Shown here piece after piece: positions 37,595 to 47,015 of a DNA stretch of 64,000 nucleotides. The DNA is from Acidobacteriota bacterium (lineage in GTDB: Bacteria; Acidobacteriota; UBA890): assembly GCA_965214245.1 (NCBI GenBank), contig CBDCBL010000009.1, positions 961,422 to 1,025,421 of the forward strand, read 5' to 3'. Numbering within the stretch: the first letter of the stretch is position 1; every line of letters begins with the position of its first letter. The notes under the pieces were generated by a model, which worked only from the letters and a program-made list of their open reading frames with translations, was not told where the DNA came from and did not search any database. A program made the translations under genes and the position numbers.

Positions 37595-39033
37595 CCCACT
37601 AACATCCCGGCAATGAAGTACAGCACCGTGGCGATGCTGCCGCCGATCAGCGCGTACGGCAGCTGCGTGACGACGTGCTCGATGTGATCGACACCGGCCG
37701 ACAACGACGAAATAACCGTCGTATCGGAGATCGGCGAGCAGTGGTCGCCGAAGATGCCGCCGCCAAGCACCGCGGCGGTGATCAGTGCCACCGAAGCGTC
37801 GAGCGTGAAGGCAACGGGAATGGCGATCGGAAACATGATCGCCCAGGTTCCCCACGAGGTGCCGGTCGCGAAGGCGATGAATCCGGAAGCCACGAAGATG
37901 AGCGGTGCCGCGGTCACCGCGTTGATCCACGGACTCACCGTTGCCGCGACCCATGGTCCGGTGCCCAACCCACGGCACACGGCACCGAGCGCCAAGGCCA
38001 GGGTTAAAATCGTCGCGACGCCGATGAGCTCACGGAAACCGACGACCGCGAGCTCGGCCATTCGCGGAAACGAAAAGAACCCCTGTGCCCGGTACATGAT
38101 CATCGCCGTGGCCACACCGGCAGAGACCGCCCACAGCACTGATAGCGAGCCGGACCCGGCCAAAATGCGCTGCAACACGGTGGCACCCGGATCGCCGCCC
38201 CCCGTGACCCAAAGCCCGACGGGCATGGTGAACACCGTCACCAGCACCGGCAACACCATATTGATGGCGCGCTCCGGCGGCGGCTCTCGGGCGGTTTCTT
38301 CGCCGGTTGCGACATCGGCCGACGCCAGTGTCTGCTCGGGCAATGCCCCGCTGCGCCCCTCGAGCGCTGCCTGCTCGGCCTTGCGCATGGGACCGATGTG
38401 CCAGCCGGTCAGCGCCACAAGGATCACGATGAGCATCGCGGTGATCGCGTAGAAGTTCAGCGGCACTGCCGAGACCAGCGTCGGAATGGGATCGAGCCCC
38501 TCAGCGGCCAGCAAGGTGAGCACGTAGGCACCCCAGGCGTTGAGCGGAATCAAGATACAGATGGGCGCCGATGTGGAGTCGCACATGTAGGCAAGCTTGG
38601 CGCGCGACAACTTGACCCTGTCGTACAGGGGCCGCGATACGGCGCCGGTAACGAGGCAGGTAATGTTCGACTCGATGAAAATCGATGTGCCCACGATGAT
38701 CGACAACACCTGGGCAGATACCGGTCCCCGCACCCAGCCGCGCTGCACCATCCAGTTGGCAAAGCCGTGCACACCACCCGATTCGCGCATCAGCACGATC
38801 AGGGCGCCGACGACCAGCGTGAACATCAAGACCTCGGCGTTGCCCCGATTCGTGACCACCACGATGAGCTGCTCGATCGACCCCGTCGCCCCGACGAGCG
38901 GATTCCAGCTCGCCAGGATCGTTGTACCGAGGAGGATTCCGGTGAACAACGACAGGTAGACCTGGCGGGTGATCAACGCCAGCGCGATTGCCGTGATCGG
39001 GGGAAGAATCGAGATCCATCCGTACGTGTCCAT
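37591..39033 (-). CDS. nhaC: NhaC-family Na+/H+ antiporter.
   Basis: About 12 transmembrane segments. 'AIALALITRQVYLSLFTGILLG' and 'LIPLNAWGAYV' are typical of the family. Confidence 0.85.
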   Translation of the reverse strand: MDTYGWISILPPITAIALALITRQVYLSLFTGILLGTTILASWNPLVGATGSIEQLIVVVTNRGNAEVLMFTLVVGALIVLMRESGGVHGFANWMVQRGWVRGPVSAQVLSIIVGTSIFIESNITCLVTGAVSRPLYDRVKLSRAKLAYMCDSTSAPICILIPLNAWGAYVLTLLAAEGLDPIPTLVSAVPLNFYAITAMLIVILVALTGWHIGPMRKAEQAALEGRSGALPEQTLASADVATGEETAREPPPERAINMVLPVLVTVFTMPVGLWVTGGGDPGATVLQRILAGSGSLSVLWAVSAGVATAMIMYRAQGFFSFPRMAELAVVGFRELIGVATILTLALALGAVCRGLGTGPWVAATVSPWINAVTAAPLIFVASGFIAFATGTSWGTWAIMFPIAIPVAFTLDASVALITAAVLGGGIFGDHCSPISDTTVISSLSAGVDHIEHVVTQLPYALIGGSIATVLYFIAGMLVG

Positions 39034-39044
39034 GGGGCGTGATC

Positions 39045-39491
39045 CTATAGCAAAGAGCGGACGACGGCGTTTGCCGCCTTGCCGTCGAGACGGCCCTTGT
39101 AGCGGCTCATCAACTCGCCCATGACGCGACCCATGTCGGCAGGTGACGCGGCGCCGATGTCGGCGATGACTTGGTGAACCGCGGCGGCGAGCTCGTCACC
39201 GTCGAGCTGTTCCGGAAGGTAGCCGCGCAACACCTCGATCTCGGCACGCTCGTCGTCGGCGCGGTCCTGACGTCCGCCTTTTTCGAATTGCTCGGCGGCC
39301 TCCTGGCGCTGTTTGACGGCGCGCTGCAAGACCTCGACGACCTCGTCGTCGCTGAGATCTTCGCGGTTGGCGATCTTGCGGTTGTGCGCTTCCGCCAGCA
39401 CCATGCGCAGCACGCGCAGCGCCACAGCGTCGCGCGCCTTCATGGCCGTAGTGAGATCGCTTTGCAGTCGTTCGAGCATGGTGCCGGGCAC
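39045..39491 (-). CDS. GatB/YqeY-domain protein.
   Basis: 'LQSDLTTAMKARDAVALRVLRMVLAEAHNRKI...EVLQRAVKQRQEAAEQF...GRVMGELMSRYKGRLDGKAAN' is a YqeY-like helical domain. Confidence 0.8.
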   Translation of the reverse strand: MPGTMLERLQSDLTTAMKARDAVALRVLRMVLAEAHNRKIANREDLSDDEVVEVLQRAVKQRQEAAEQFEKGGRQDRADDERAEIEVLRGYLPEQLDGDELAAAVHQVIADIGAASPADMGRVMGELMSRYKGRLDGKAANAVVRSLL

Positions 39492-39553
39492 CTCCAGAGG
39501 GAGCGTTCATTCTACGCCAATCAAGACGCCGACAAGCACCCTGGTAGACTCAC

Positions 39554-40315
39554 GTGATGGACCGAGCTCATCCCGACCTCAAGCTCTACTACACCGGAGC
39601 GGCCCGCCTTCGCTATCCGGTGCAGTGCCTGCTCACGGCACTGTGGACGGCGCTCTGGGGCAGCGCCTCCCTGGTGATCTCGCTCTTCGACCGGCGCGGC
39701 CGAGGCGTCCACGCCTGCGCCCGCAACTGGGGAGCCTGGATCCTTCAGACCTGCCGGGTCAAGGTCGATGTCGAGGGCATCGAGCATCTCGAAGCGGGCA
39801 AGTCGTACGTCGTGATGGCGAATCACAAGAGCCTGTTCGACATTCCGACGATGCTCACCTCCCTGCCCTTTCCATTCCGCATGCTCGCCAAGGCGTCGCT
39901 GTTTCGCATTCCTTTCATGGGTTGGTACATGTCGCGGGTCGGCTATATCCCTGTCGAGCGAGAGGATCCGAAGCAGGCGCGCTCGAGTCTCGAGGAGGCA
40001 GCGAAACGCGTCGTGTCGGGTCTGTCGGTGGTCATTTTCCCCGAAGGCACCCGCCAACCAGAGGGAAAGATCGCCCGCTTCAAGCGCGGCGGCGTGAACC
40101 TGGCGCATGCCGCCGGCGTGCCGGTTGTGCCGGTCGCCATTCTCAACAGCGGGCGGCTGTTACCGCGCGGCTCGTGGCACGCCGATCCCGGTGTGATCCG
40201 CGTCAAGATCGGTCAACCACTCGACCCGAGCGAGTTCACCGAGCCGCGGGCGCTGGCCGATGCGATCCGTGACGCGGTGATCGCGATGACCGAAGAGCGG
40301 CGTGAAGCGGCGTGA
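39554..40315 (+). CDS. plsC: 1-acyl-sn-glycerol-3-phosphate acyltransferase.
   Basis: The HX4D motif ('ANHKSLFDIP') and the 'FPEGTR' motif are present. Confidence 0.85.
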   Translation: MMDRAHPDLKLYYTGAARLRYPVQCLLTALWTALWGSASLVISLFDRRGRGVHACARNWGAWILQTCRVKVDVEGIEHLEAGKSYVVMANHKSLFDIPTMLTSLPFPFRMLAKASLFRIPFMGWYMSRVGYIPVEREDPKQARSSLEEAAKRVVSGLSVVIFPEGTRQPEGKIARFKRGGVNLAHAAGVPVVPVAILNSGRLLPRGSWHADPGVIRVKIGQPLDPSEFTEPRALADAIRDAVIAMTEERREAA

Positions 40316-40625
40316 CGATGAGGTGCAGCCACCCATGACGACGCAACGAGACGAGAGCTCTTCTCCGCCGGTTGATGCCGACGCCCTCGCCGATGAGAAC
40401 CGGCGCCTGAAGCGCCTGCGCTTCCTCGTGTCCTTGACCTCCGCGGAGCTAATGCAGGCGGATCTGACACTCGACGAAGCACACGCGGTCGTTGAGCGCA
40501 TGCGGGCTGCGGCGATGGCGCTGTTTCCCGGCAGCGAGGCACAGTTCGACTTGATCTACCGGACGAGGTTTGCGCGGATTATCCGCGAGCGGTTCGGCGC
40601 CGTCACCGGGGAGCCCATGCATTGA
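40302..40625 (+). CDS. Hypothetical protein (107 aa), co-oriented between plsC and the rhomboid gene.
   Basis: An ORF overlapping both neighbours by a few nt, which suggests a coupled operon. No motif recognised. Confidence 0.4.
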   Translation: MKRRDDEVQPPMTTQRDESSSPPVDADALADENRRLKRLRFLVSLTSAELMQADLTLDEAHAVVERMRAAAMALFPGSEAQFDLIYRTRFARIIRERFGAVTGEPMH

Positions 40626-41329
40626 TTCCGCTGCGCGATGACAACCCGACCCACATCACGCCGTGGGTAAACCACGGACTAGTGGCCGCCAACATCGCGG
40701 TGTTCATCTACCAGGGCCTGCTGCTGCGCGAGAGCAACGAAGCCTACGTCGGGTTCGTGCAACAGCTCGCGGTGACGCCGAGCCAGTTGCTGTCGCCCTC
40801 GACCTGGTCGCAGACGGCGATCCCGGCGCCACTGACGTTGTTCACCTCGATGTTCGTGCACGGCGGCATCTTCCACCTGGCGGGCAACATGCTCTATCTG
40901 TGGGTTTTCGGCGACAACATCGAGGACACGCTGGGCCACGCCAAGTACTTGCTGTTCTACATCGTGTGCGGTCTCGGCGCCGCGGTCTCGCAGGTCATGA
41001 TCGACCCGGGAAGTTCCGTTCCCATGGTCGGCGCCAGCGGCGCCATCGCCGGTGTGCTCGGCGCGTATCTGGTGTTGCACCCGCAAGCCAACGTGCTGAC
41101 GTTCGTCTTTCTGGTTTTCTTCATCCGGGTCATGTATTTGCCTGCGGCACTTCTGTTGGGCATCTGGTTCTTCATTCAGATTTTCTCGGCGTTCACCGGC
41201 GGCGGCGGCGTTGCCTGGTACGCCCACATCGGCGGCTTCCTGGTCGGCGTGCTGCTGGTGAGCCTGTTCAGCGGCTCCGATCGCGGCCGGCCGCACCGCC
41301 AGCGCGGCAACCTCCACGTCGTGCACTGA
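40622..41329 (+). CDS. Rhomboid-family intramembrane serine protease.
   Basis: 'HLAGNMLYLWVFG', the catalytic 'GASGAIAG' (GxSG) motif and 'AHIGGFLVG' (catalytic His) are present. Confidence 0.85.
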   Translation: MIPLRDDNPTHITPWVNHGLVAANIAVFIYQGLLLRESNEAYVGFVQQLAVTPSQLLSPSTWSQTAIPAPLTLFTSMFVHGGIFHLAGNMLYLWVFGDNIEDTLGHAKYLLFYIVCGLGAAVSQVMIDPGSSVPMVGASGAIAGVLGAYLVLHPQANVLTFVFLVFFIRVMYLPAALLLGIWFFIQIFSAFTGGGGVAWYAHIGGFLVGVLLVSLFSGSDRGRPHRQRGNLHVVH

Positions 41330-41374
41330 CCCTAGTGTTGGAAGTGTGGTGGGGCTGGCAAGTGGGACTTACGT

Positions 41375-43036
41375 ATGAGCATCAAGATCTTCCGTGGCGC
41401 TGAGATCCTCACGCTTGATTCGGACACCCCGACCGTCGAGGCACTGCGTGTCGAGGGGGAGAAGATCACCGCTGTCGGCTCGCTCGACGAGGTCGACGCC
41501 GCGTCGGCGGACGAAACGATCGACCTCGAGGGTGGCTGCCTCATTCCCAGCCTCAAGGACCATCACCTGCATCTGACCGCGGTCGGGCTTGCCCTCTTGA
41601 ACGCCGAAGAAGACGAGCGGGTGAACCTCGACCTGGCGGGCGCCGCCTCAGCCGACGAGATCGTCGAGCGCGTCCGCGAACGAGCAAGCCGGGTGGAGCC
41701 GGGTCTCTGGATACTCGGCATGGGATGGAACCAGCACGACTGGGGCACGCCCGAGTTGCCGTCGCACGAGGCGCTGAGCGTCGCGGTTCCGGACCACCCC
41801 GTGTTCCTGGTTCGTATCGATGCCCATTCGGCTTGGGTAAACGACGCGGCGATGCGCGCCGCCGAAATTTCCGAGATGGATACCGATCCTTACGGCGGCG
41901 AGATTCGCCGTAATGCCGGCGGCGCCCCGTCGGGCATGTTACTCGAGCGCGCCGTCGAGCCGGTGCTCGACGAGATCCCCGGACTCGCCGGCTGGGAAAT
42001 ACGCGCGGCGTTCGGCCATGCCGCCGACGCGCTGGCGGCGCGCGGCGTGACCGAGGTTTTCGACGCCGGCTTCATGGCCAGCCCGGCGATGGTCAGCATG
42101 ACGGTCGATTTCGAGCTCTACCTCGAGCTGCTGGCGTGGTCCGATGCCGAGTCGCCGCTCGCCGTCGACGTGAACTTGATGATCCCGTCGCCGAGCCCGC
42201 TGGCCGACAAGATCGTCGCCGATCCCGACGCCTATCGGGAGCTTTCGCCGCGCCACCGGGTGACCCATATCAAGCTCTTTGCCGACGGTGCTTTCGGCAG
42301 CCGAGGCGCCGCGCTCGGCCATCCATACGTCGACGACCCGAGCACCCGCGGCTTCATGTGTATGAGCGATGCGGAATTGCTGCACGAAACGCGACGCGCC
42401 ATCGAGGCCGGCCTCGACATCTCCACGCATGCCATCGGCGACGATGCCGTGCATCGGGTTCTGAACGCCTACAGCACGGTGGCCGATGCCACCGGCGCCG
42501 ACCCCCGCCGTTTCCGCATCGAGCACTTCGCCTATGCCTCGGCTGACGACATCCGTCGCGCCGCTGCAGCGGGATTCGTGCTCGTCGCGCAGCCACAGTT
42601 CATCGACCCCGACGCCAACGGCAAGGCGATGGAGGACTGGCGGCTGGGAGCGGAGAGCGGCGATCGGGTGTATCCGTGGAAGACACTGCACGACCTGGGT
42701 GCCAACCTGGCGATGTCGTCGGACTACTACATCGCCCCGGGCCCGGCGCTTCTCGATTTCTACGTTGCCTTCTCGCGCTGCAACCGGGAGGGACTGCCGA
42801 ACGACGGCTGGCAGCCGCAGGAGCGACTATCCCGCGTCGAGAGCCTACGCATGGCAACGGCGCTACGCCCGGCTGGCGGCGGCGATCAGCGCGGCGGCGT
42901 GCTGCGCGCCGGAGAACCGGCAGACCTGGCGTTGCTGTCGGCCAATCCCCTCACCGCAGATCCGTTGGAGATTCTCGGGATCGATGTAACGGCGACATTC
43001 CGCCGCGGCGAGCCCACTTTTCCCGACTCGGGCTAG
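41375..43036 (+). CDS. Amidohydrolase_3-family metal-dependent hydrolase.
   Basis: 'DHHLHLTAVG' (HxH), the later 'IDAHSAWVN', and the 'HAIGD' and 'IEHFAYAS' metal-ligand motifs. Confidence 0.8.
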   Translation: MSIKIFRGAEILTLDSDTPTVEALRVEGEKITAVGSLDEVDAASADETIDLEGGCLIPSLKDHHLHLTAVGLALLNAEEDERVNLDLAGAASADEIVERVRERASRVEPGLWILGMGWNQHDWGTPELPSHEALSVAVPDHPVFLVRIDAHSAWVNDAAMRAAEISEMDTDPYGGEIRRNAGGAPSGMLLERAVEPVLDEIPGLAGWEIRAAFGHAADALAARGVTEVFDAGFMASPAMVSMTVDFELYLELLAWSDAESPLAVDVNLMIPSPSPLADKIVADPDAYRELSPRHRVTHIKLFADGAFGSRGAALGHPYVDDPSTRGFMCMSDAELLHETRRAIEAGLDISTHAIGDDAVHRVLNAYSTVADATGADPRRFRIEHFAYASADDIRRAAAAGFVLVAQPQFIDPDANGKAMEDWRLGAESGDRVYPWKTLHDLGANLAMSSDYYIAPGPALLDFYVAFSRCNREGLPNDGWQPQERLSRVESLRMATALRPAGGGDQRGGVLRAGEPADLALLSANPLTADPLEILGIDVTATFRRGEPTFPDSG

Positions 43037-43209
43037 CCGCGGCGAGAGATCCCTCGAGGCAGCCTGTGGTCCGTCGACCGTACAAACCGTCAAAAGGGAT
43101 TGAATCCACCCCCCCCCTGGGTCGTCAAACTGTGCACACACGTACGTCTTCGTGCCCACTACGACACAGAAAATCGGCGCACTTGGTCAGCACGGAGAGG
43201 GGTTTGGGA

Positions 43210-43593
43210 ATGGGGTGGCGGACAGCTGTACTCGCAATTTGCCTTGTTGCGACGGGCGCTTGCCGTATGGACGGTGTCGAAGTGATCCCCATGCCGGACG
43301 GACTCATCGGTACCTGGGAAACGGACAATCTCGAGTACGCTGACCGCTTTTTTACTTTGTCGACAGACGAGTTCGAGCTCCTCCTGATCGGCACGGGCAC
43401 TTCGATCCCGGCACGCTACCAGATCGATGCCGTGACCAGGATACGCGACGACATCGGCCTGCTGCACACGATCGAGTACTCCGATACCGACGGCACGGAC
43501 TACCACATGGCGTTCTATTACGACCCCGCTGGCGATGGGAACCTCAGGTTGAAGAACCAACTCAACATGACTTGGCGAAAGAAGGGGCGCTAG
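43210..43593 (+). CDS. Small lipoprotein (about 127 aa), hypothetical.
   Basis: 'MGWRTAVLAICLVATGAC' contains a lipobox. Its stop codon abuts the ATG of the next gene. Confidence 0.5.
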   Translation: MGWRTAVLAICLVATGACRMDGVEVIPMPDGLIGTWETDNLEYADRFFTLSTDEFELLLIGTGTSIPARYQIDAVTRIRDDIGLLHTIEYSDTDGTDYHMAFYYDPAGDGNLRLKNQLNMTWRKKGR

Positions 43594-44187
43594 ATGGCCG
43601 CGAAGCCCTACAAGCGCCGGCGAATTCTCATCGATCGGCTGCAAATACGGCTGCTCACCATTACGTTGCTGTATTTCACCGCCGCCGCCACGATCTTCGT
43701 GGCGGCGCTGTTTACACCCCTGATGTTGCAGCTCACCGGCGAGACCGAAACGCCCCAAGCACGAGCCGCCATTGCCACCGAGTTTCTCACCCTGCACACG
43801 CGCTTCTGGCCGGCAATCCTGCTCACGTTCGGGTTGCTTGCGGTGCACTCGATTTTCACGTCGCATCGCATCGCCGGCCCGCTGTTCCGCTTCCGCATGG
43901 TCTTCAAGGAGATGCAGGACGGCAACTTGGTGCCGTTCGCCAGCATCCGCGAGCGCGACCTGCTGGGCAATGAAGCCGCGGCTCTCAACGCCATGTTGGT
44001 GTCGCTGCGCGAACGCGTTTCCGGCATTGCCGAGGAGCAGCGCTACTCACGAGAACAGTTCGAGCATTTGAGGAGGGCTATCCGATCCAACTCGGAAGAG
44101 GATGTCGCCTCTCATATGACCGGCCTGGAGGAAGGTTTGACCGGGCTCGGCGAACGGCTCGGCGGCTTCAAGCTAAGAAAGAGCTGA
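43594..44187 (+). CDS. Membrane protein with two transmembrane helices, a HAMP-like segment and a coiled coil, but no output domain.
   Basis: Two hydrophobic helices, then 'SHRIAGPLFRFRMVFKEMQDGNL', which is a HAMP AS1-like signature, then a helical tail. Confidence 0.55.
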   Translation: MAAKPYKRRRILIDRLQIRLLTITLLYFTAAATIFVAALFTPLMLQLTGETETPQARAAIATEFLTLHTRFWPAILLTFGLLAVHSIFTSHRIAGPLFRFRMVFKEMQDGNLVPFASIRERDLLGNEAAALNAMLVSLRERVSGIAEEQRYSREQFEHLRRAIRSNSEEDVASHMTGLEEGLTGLGERLGGFKLRKS

Positions 44188-44289
44188 ACCATGGATGCGC
44201 GTCCGCAGCCGATGATTATCTCGAGGGCCCGCCGGGCCTCGGTACGGGCCCGGCTCGAGCCACGGCTGCGCAACCCGCTGCTGCACGAC

Positions 44290-44772
44290 ATGCGGCGCTC
44301 CTGGAGCAGGGCGTTCTCGATGATCGAGATTCTCATTATCGTCGCCATTCTGGGTACCATCGTGGCAATCGCCCTGCCCCAATACATGGAGTCGCTCGAC
44401 AACGCGCGGGTGGCACGCGCCATCGGTGACATCGTGGCGATGAGCTCGGAAGTCGGCCTCTTCTGGTTCGACAACGGCAGGTATCCCACCACCCTCGCGG
44501 AAATTGGTCGCGGCGCCATGGAGGACCCGTACGGCCAGGCCTACTTCTACAAGGACCTCGTTGCTGCCGCGAAAGGCGGCGGCAAGGGCGGTGGGGGCGC
44601 CAGCGCCGGCGGCCGCAAGGACAGGTTCATCGTTCCGGTAAACTCCGACTTCGACCTGTACAGTGCGGGAAAAGATGGAACCACGGTCTTGGCGTTCACC
44701 GCCAAGACAAGCCTCGACGACATCGTCCGGGCCAACAACGGCGGCTTCATCGGCCTCGCCGAAGACTTCTGA
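44290..44772 (+). CDS. Type II secretion major pseudopilin (GspG) or type IV pilin-like protein.
   Basis: The prepilin-type N-terminus is 'RAFSMIEILIIVAILGTIVAIALPQY'. The GspG-like body includes 'ARVARAIGDIVAMSSEVGLFWFDNGRYPTTLAEI...DPYGQAYFYK...FDLYSAGKDG'. The start is uncertain; the ORF opens at 44191. Confidence 0.7.
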   Translation: MRRSWSRAFSMIEILIIVAILGTIVAIALPQYMESLDNARVARAIGDIVAMSSEVGLFWFDNGRYPTTLAEIGRGAMEDPYGQAYFYKDLVAAAKGGGKGGGGASAGGRKDRFIVPVNSDFDLYSAGKDGTTVLAFTAKTSLDDIVRANNGGFIGLAEDF

Positions 44773-46958
44773 TGCCCAACAACCCGGAGCCCGATCAGTC
44801 GACGCCGCAAGCGGCGTCGCGCTGGACCCTGCTGACCAGTAGGGTCGCGCGCCGCATCTTCCTGCTGTTCATCGTTTGTGCCCTGGTGCCGATCACGGTG
44901 CTCGCTGTGTACTCCTTCAGTCGTGTCAGTAGCCAGCTATACGAGCACGGCGAGGAGCGGCTCCACGACGCAGTGCGGGCAACCGGACAGGGCATCGCCG
45001 AGCGTCTCCTGTTGCTCGAGGCCGAGCTCCGCCTCCTTCCGGGCCTCCCCCCTGTGGAGCCGGAGACAGAAGTAGTGGCCGGGTCGGAAGAGTTCAATTG
45101 GGTGACCGGCGCTCGCTTTCTGAGCGTTGCCGCGGTTGACGGCGACGAAGCCACGTTACTGCGCGGATCGGCAGCGGCCCCCGTTCCCGAACTCGGCCCG
45201 GCCGAACGAGCTCACCTTGCCGGCGGTGGCACCGTGCTGTGGACTCAGATTCTCCCGGGAGCGCCGCCGCTCATCGTGCTGGTTCAGCAGCCCGACCACG
45301 ACGCCCCGGGGCGGCTGCTCGTCGGGTGGGTCGATCCGCGTTTCGTGTGGGCCGGCGGCGCCGGCTCGTTGCCGCGCAACACCGAGCTCTGCGTTTTTGA
45401 CCACACGCACGCCGCTCTGTTCTGTACGCGCCCAACCGACGGCGTCGTGCCCCCTGACGTTCATGCGGAGATCGAAGCAGGGAATTCGGACAACTTCGAG
45501 TGGGAGATCGACGGCGACGAGTACATCGCCAGCCGCTGGGCCATGCCACTGGCCTCTCAATTCGTCGTTCCACAATGGACGATGATGCTGAGCGAAGCAA
45601 AGGCCGACTTGTTGAAGCCGATGGATGCTTTCCGCCGCGCCTTTCCGATGGTCATCTTGCTGTCGCTGTGGCTGGTGGCGTTGCTCAGCGTCCAGCAGAT
45701 CCGCCGCAGCTTGGTGCCGCTCGAACGTCTCCACGAAGGCACGCGCCGCATCGCCAAGCGCGAATTCGACGTCAGCGTCGAGATCGACAGTGGCGACGAG
45801 TTCGAGGAACTGGCGGACTCGTTCAACCGCATGGCGGGACGTCTCGACAAGCAATTCACGGCGCTGGCAGCCATCGCCGACATCGACCGGACCATCCTGT
45901 CGAGCCTCAACATCGAAGAGATCGTCGAAACGGTTCTCTTTCGTATGTCTGATCTGGTCGCCTGCGACTCGGTGAGCGTGACGCTGATGTCCCCGGACCA
46001 ACAAAAAGTACCCCGCACCTACACCCTTCCCCCGGGCGCCAAGTTTCGCCCTTCGGTCGAGACCACGTTCTTCACCCAGGCCGATTTTCGTCGCTTCAGC
46101 CGCTCCCCGGTGCATTCGAAAATCGAGCCGGGCACCCCGATTCCATCGTTCGTGGCGCCGATGGCGCGCGCCGGCTGCAAGCGCTTCGTCGTCCTGCCGA
46201 TGTTCATCCGCGAGGAGGCGTCGGGCGCTATCGCTCTCGGATTTATCGAGGCGCCGACCTACCACGACGATGATCTCGAGCAGGTGCGCCAGCTTACCGA
46301 TCAGGTCGCCGTAGCCTTGGCGAACACGCATCTCGTGGAAGATCTCGACGCGCTCAACTGGGGAGCGTTGACGGCGTTGGCCCGCGCTGTCGATGCCAAG
46401 TCACCGTGGACCGCGGGCCACTCCGAGCGGGTCACCAGCATGGGCATCCGGCTCGGCGACAAGCTGAAGCTCACCGCCGACGAGATCGACATCCTGCACC
46501 GCGGCGGCCTGCTCCACGACGTCGGCAAGATCGGCGTCCCCGCGGCGATCCTCGACAAGCCCGGCAAGCTCACCGATGAGGAATTCGACATCATGAAGCA
46601 GCACCCGGCGATCGGCGCCAACATCCTGCAGCCGATTGCCGCCTACGCCGACGTCCTGCCGATCGTCCGCCACCACCACGAGCGCTGGGACGGGGCGGGA
46701 TATCCCGACGGCCTGGCCCACAAGAAGATTCATTTTTTCGCGCGCATTTACGCGGTGGCCGACGTCTACGACGCCCTCGTGTCTGATCGTCCGTACCGCG
46801 ACGGATTCTCGCTCGAGAAGATCATTGCGATGATCGTCGAGGGGCGCGGCAGCCATTTCGATCCCGAAGTGGTCGATGCGTTCCTCCGCGTGATGGAGGA
46901 CGAAGCCGAGCAAGCCGAGCAAGCCGAGCAGGTCTCCGAAGCCGTCGAATCACCCTGA
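44772..46958 (+). CDS. Membrane sensor with a periplasmic domain, a transmembrane segment, HAMP, GAF and an HD-GYP phosphodiesterase domain.
   Basis: An N-terminal transmembrane segment ('IFLLFIVCALVPITVLAVY') and a second ('MVILLSLWLVALLSV') flank a region of roughly 270 aa. HAMP is at 'RRIAKREFDVSVEIDSGDEFEELADSFNRMAGRL'. The HD-GYP core is 'HSERV...LLHDVGKIGVP...RHHHERWDGAGYPDGL'. The C-terminus carries an EQAEQAEQ repeat. Confidence 0.85.
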   Translation: MPNNPEPDQSTPQAASRWTLLTSRVARRIFLLFIVCALVPITVLAVYSFSRVSSQLYEHGEERLHDAVRATGQGIAERLLLLEAELRLLPGLPPVEPETEVVAGSEEFNWVTGARFLSVAAVDGDEATLLRGSAAAPVPELGPAERAHLAGGGTVLWTQILPGAPPLIVLVQQPDHDAPGRLLVGWVDPRFVWAGGAGSLPRNTELCVFDHTHAALFCTRPTDGVVPPDVHAEIEAGNSDNFEWEIDGDEYIASRWAMPLASQFVVPQWTMMLSEAKADLLKPMDAFRRAFPMVILLSLWLVALLSVQQIRRSLVPLERLHEGTRRIAKREFDVSVEIDSGDEFEELADSFNRMAGRLDKQFTALAAIADIDRTILSSLNIEEIVETVLFRMSDLVACDSVSVTLMSPDQQKVPRTYTLPPGAKFRPSVETTFFTQADFRRFSRSPVHSKIEPGTPIPSFVAPMARAGCKRFVVLPMFIREEASGAIALGFIEAPTYHDDDLEQVRQLTDQVAVALANTHLVEDLDALNWGALTALARAVDAKSPWTAGHSERVTSMGIRLGDKLKLTADEIDILHRGGLLHDVGKIGVPAAILDKPGKLTDEEFDIMKQHPAIGANILQPIAAYADVLPIVRHHHERWDGAGYPDGLAHKKIHFFARIYAVADVYDALVSDRPYRDGFSLEKIIAMIVEGRGSHFDPEVVDAFLRVMEDEAEQAEQAEQVSEAVESP
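46905..46931 (+). repeat. Three copies of a 9-bp tandem repeat (GCCGAGCAA / GCCGAGCAG) encoding AEQAEQAEQ at the C-terminus of the HD-GYP sensor.
   Basis: Direct reading of the sequence. Confidence 0.8.
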
Positions 46959-47015
46959 CGTAGGCGTAGCCCGGACTTGTCTACGAGATACGTCGCGCAG
47001 TAGCCACCCGTTGAG

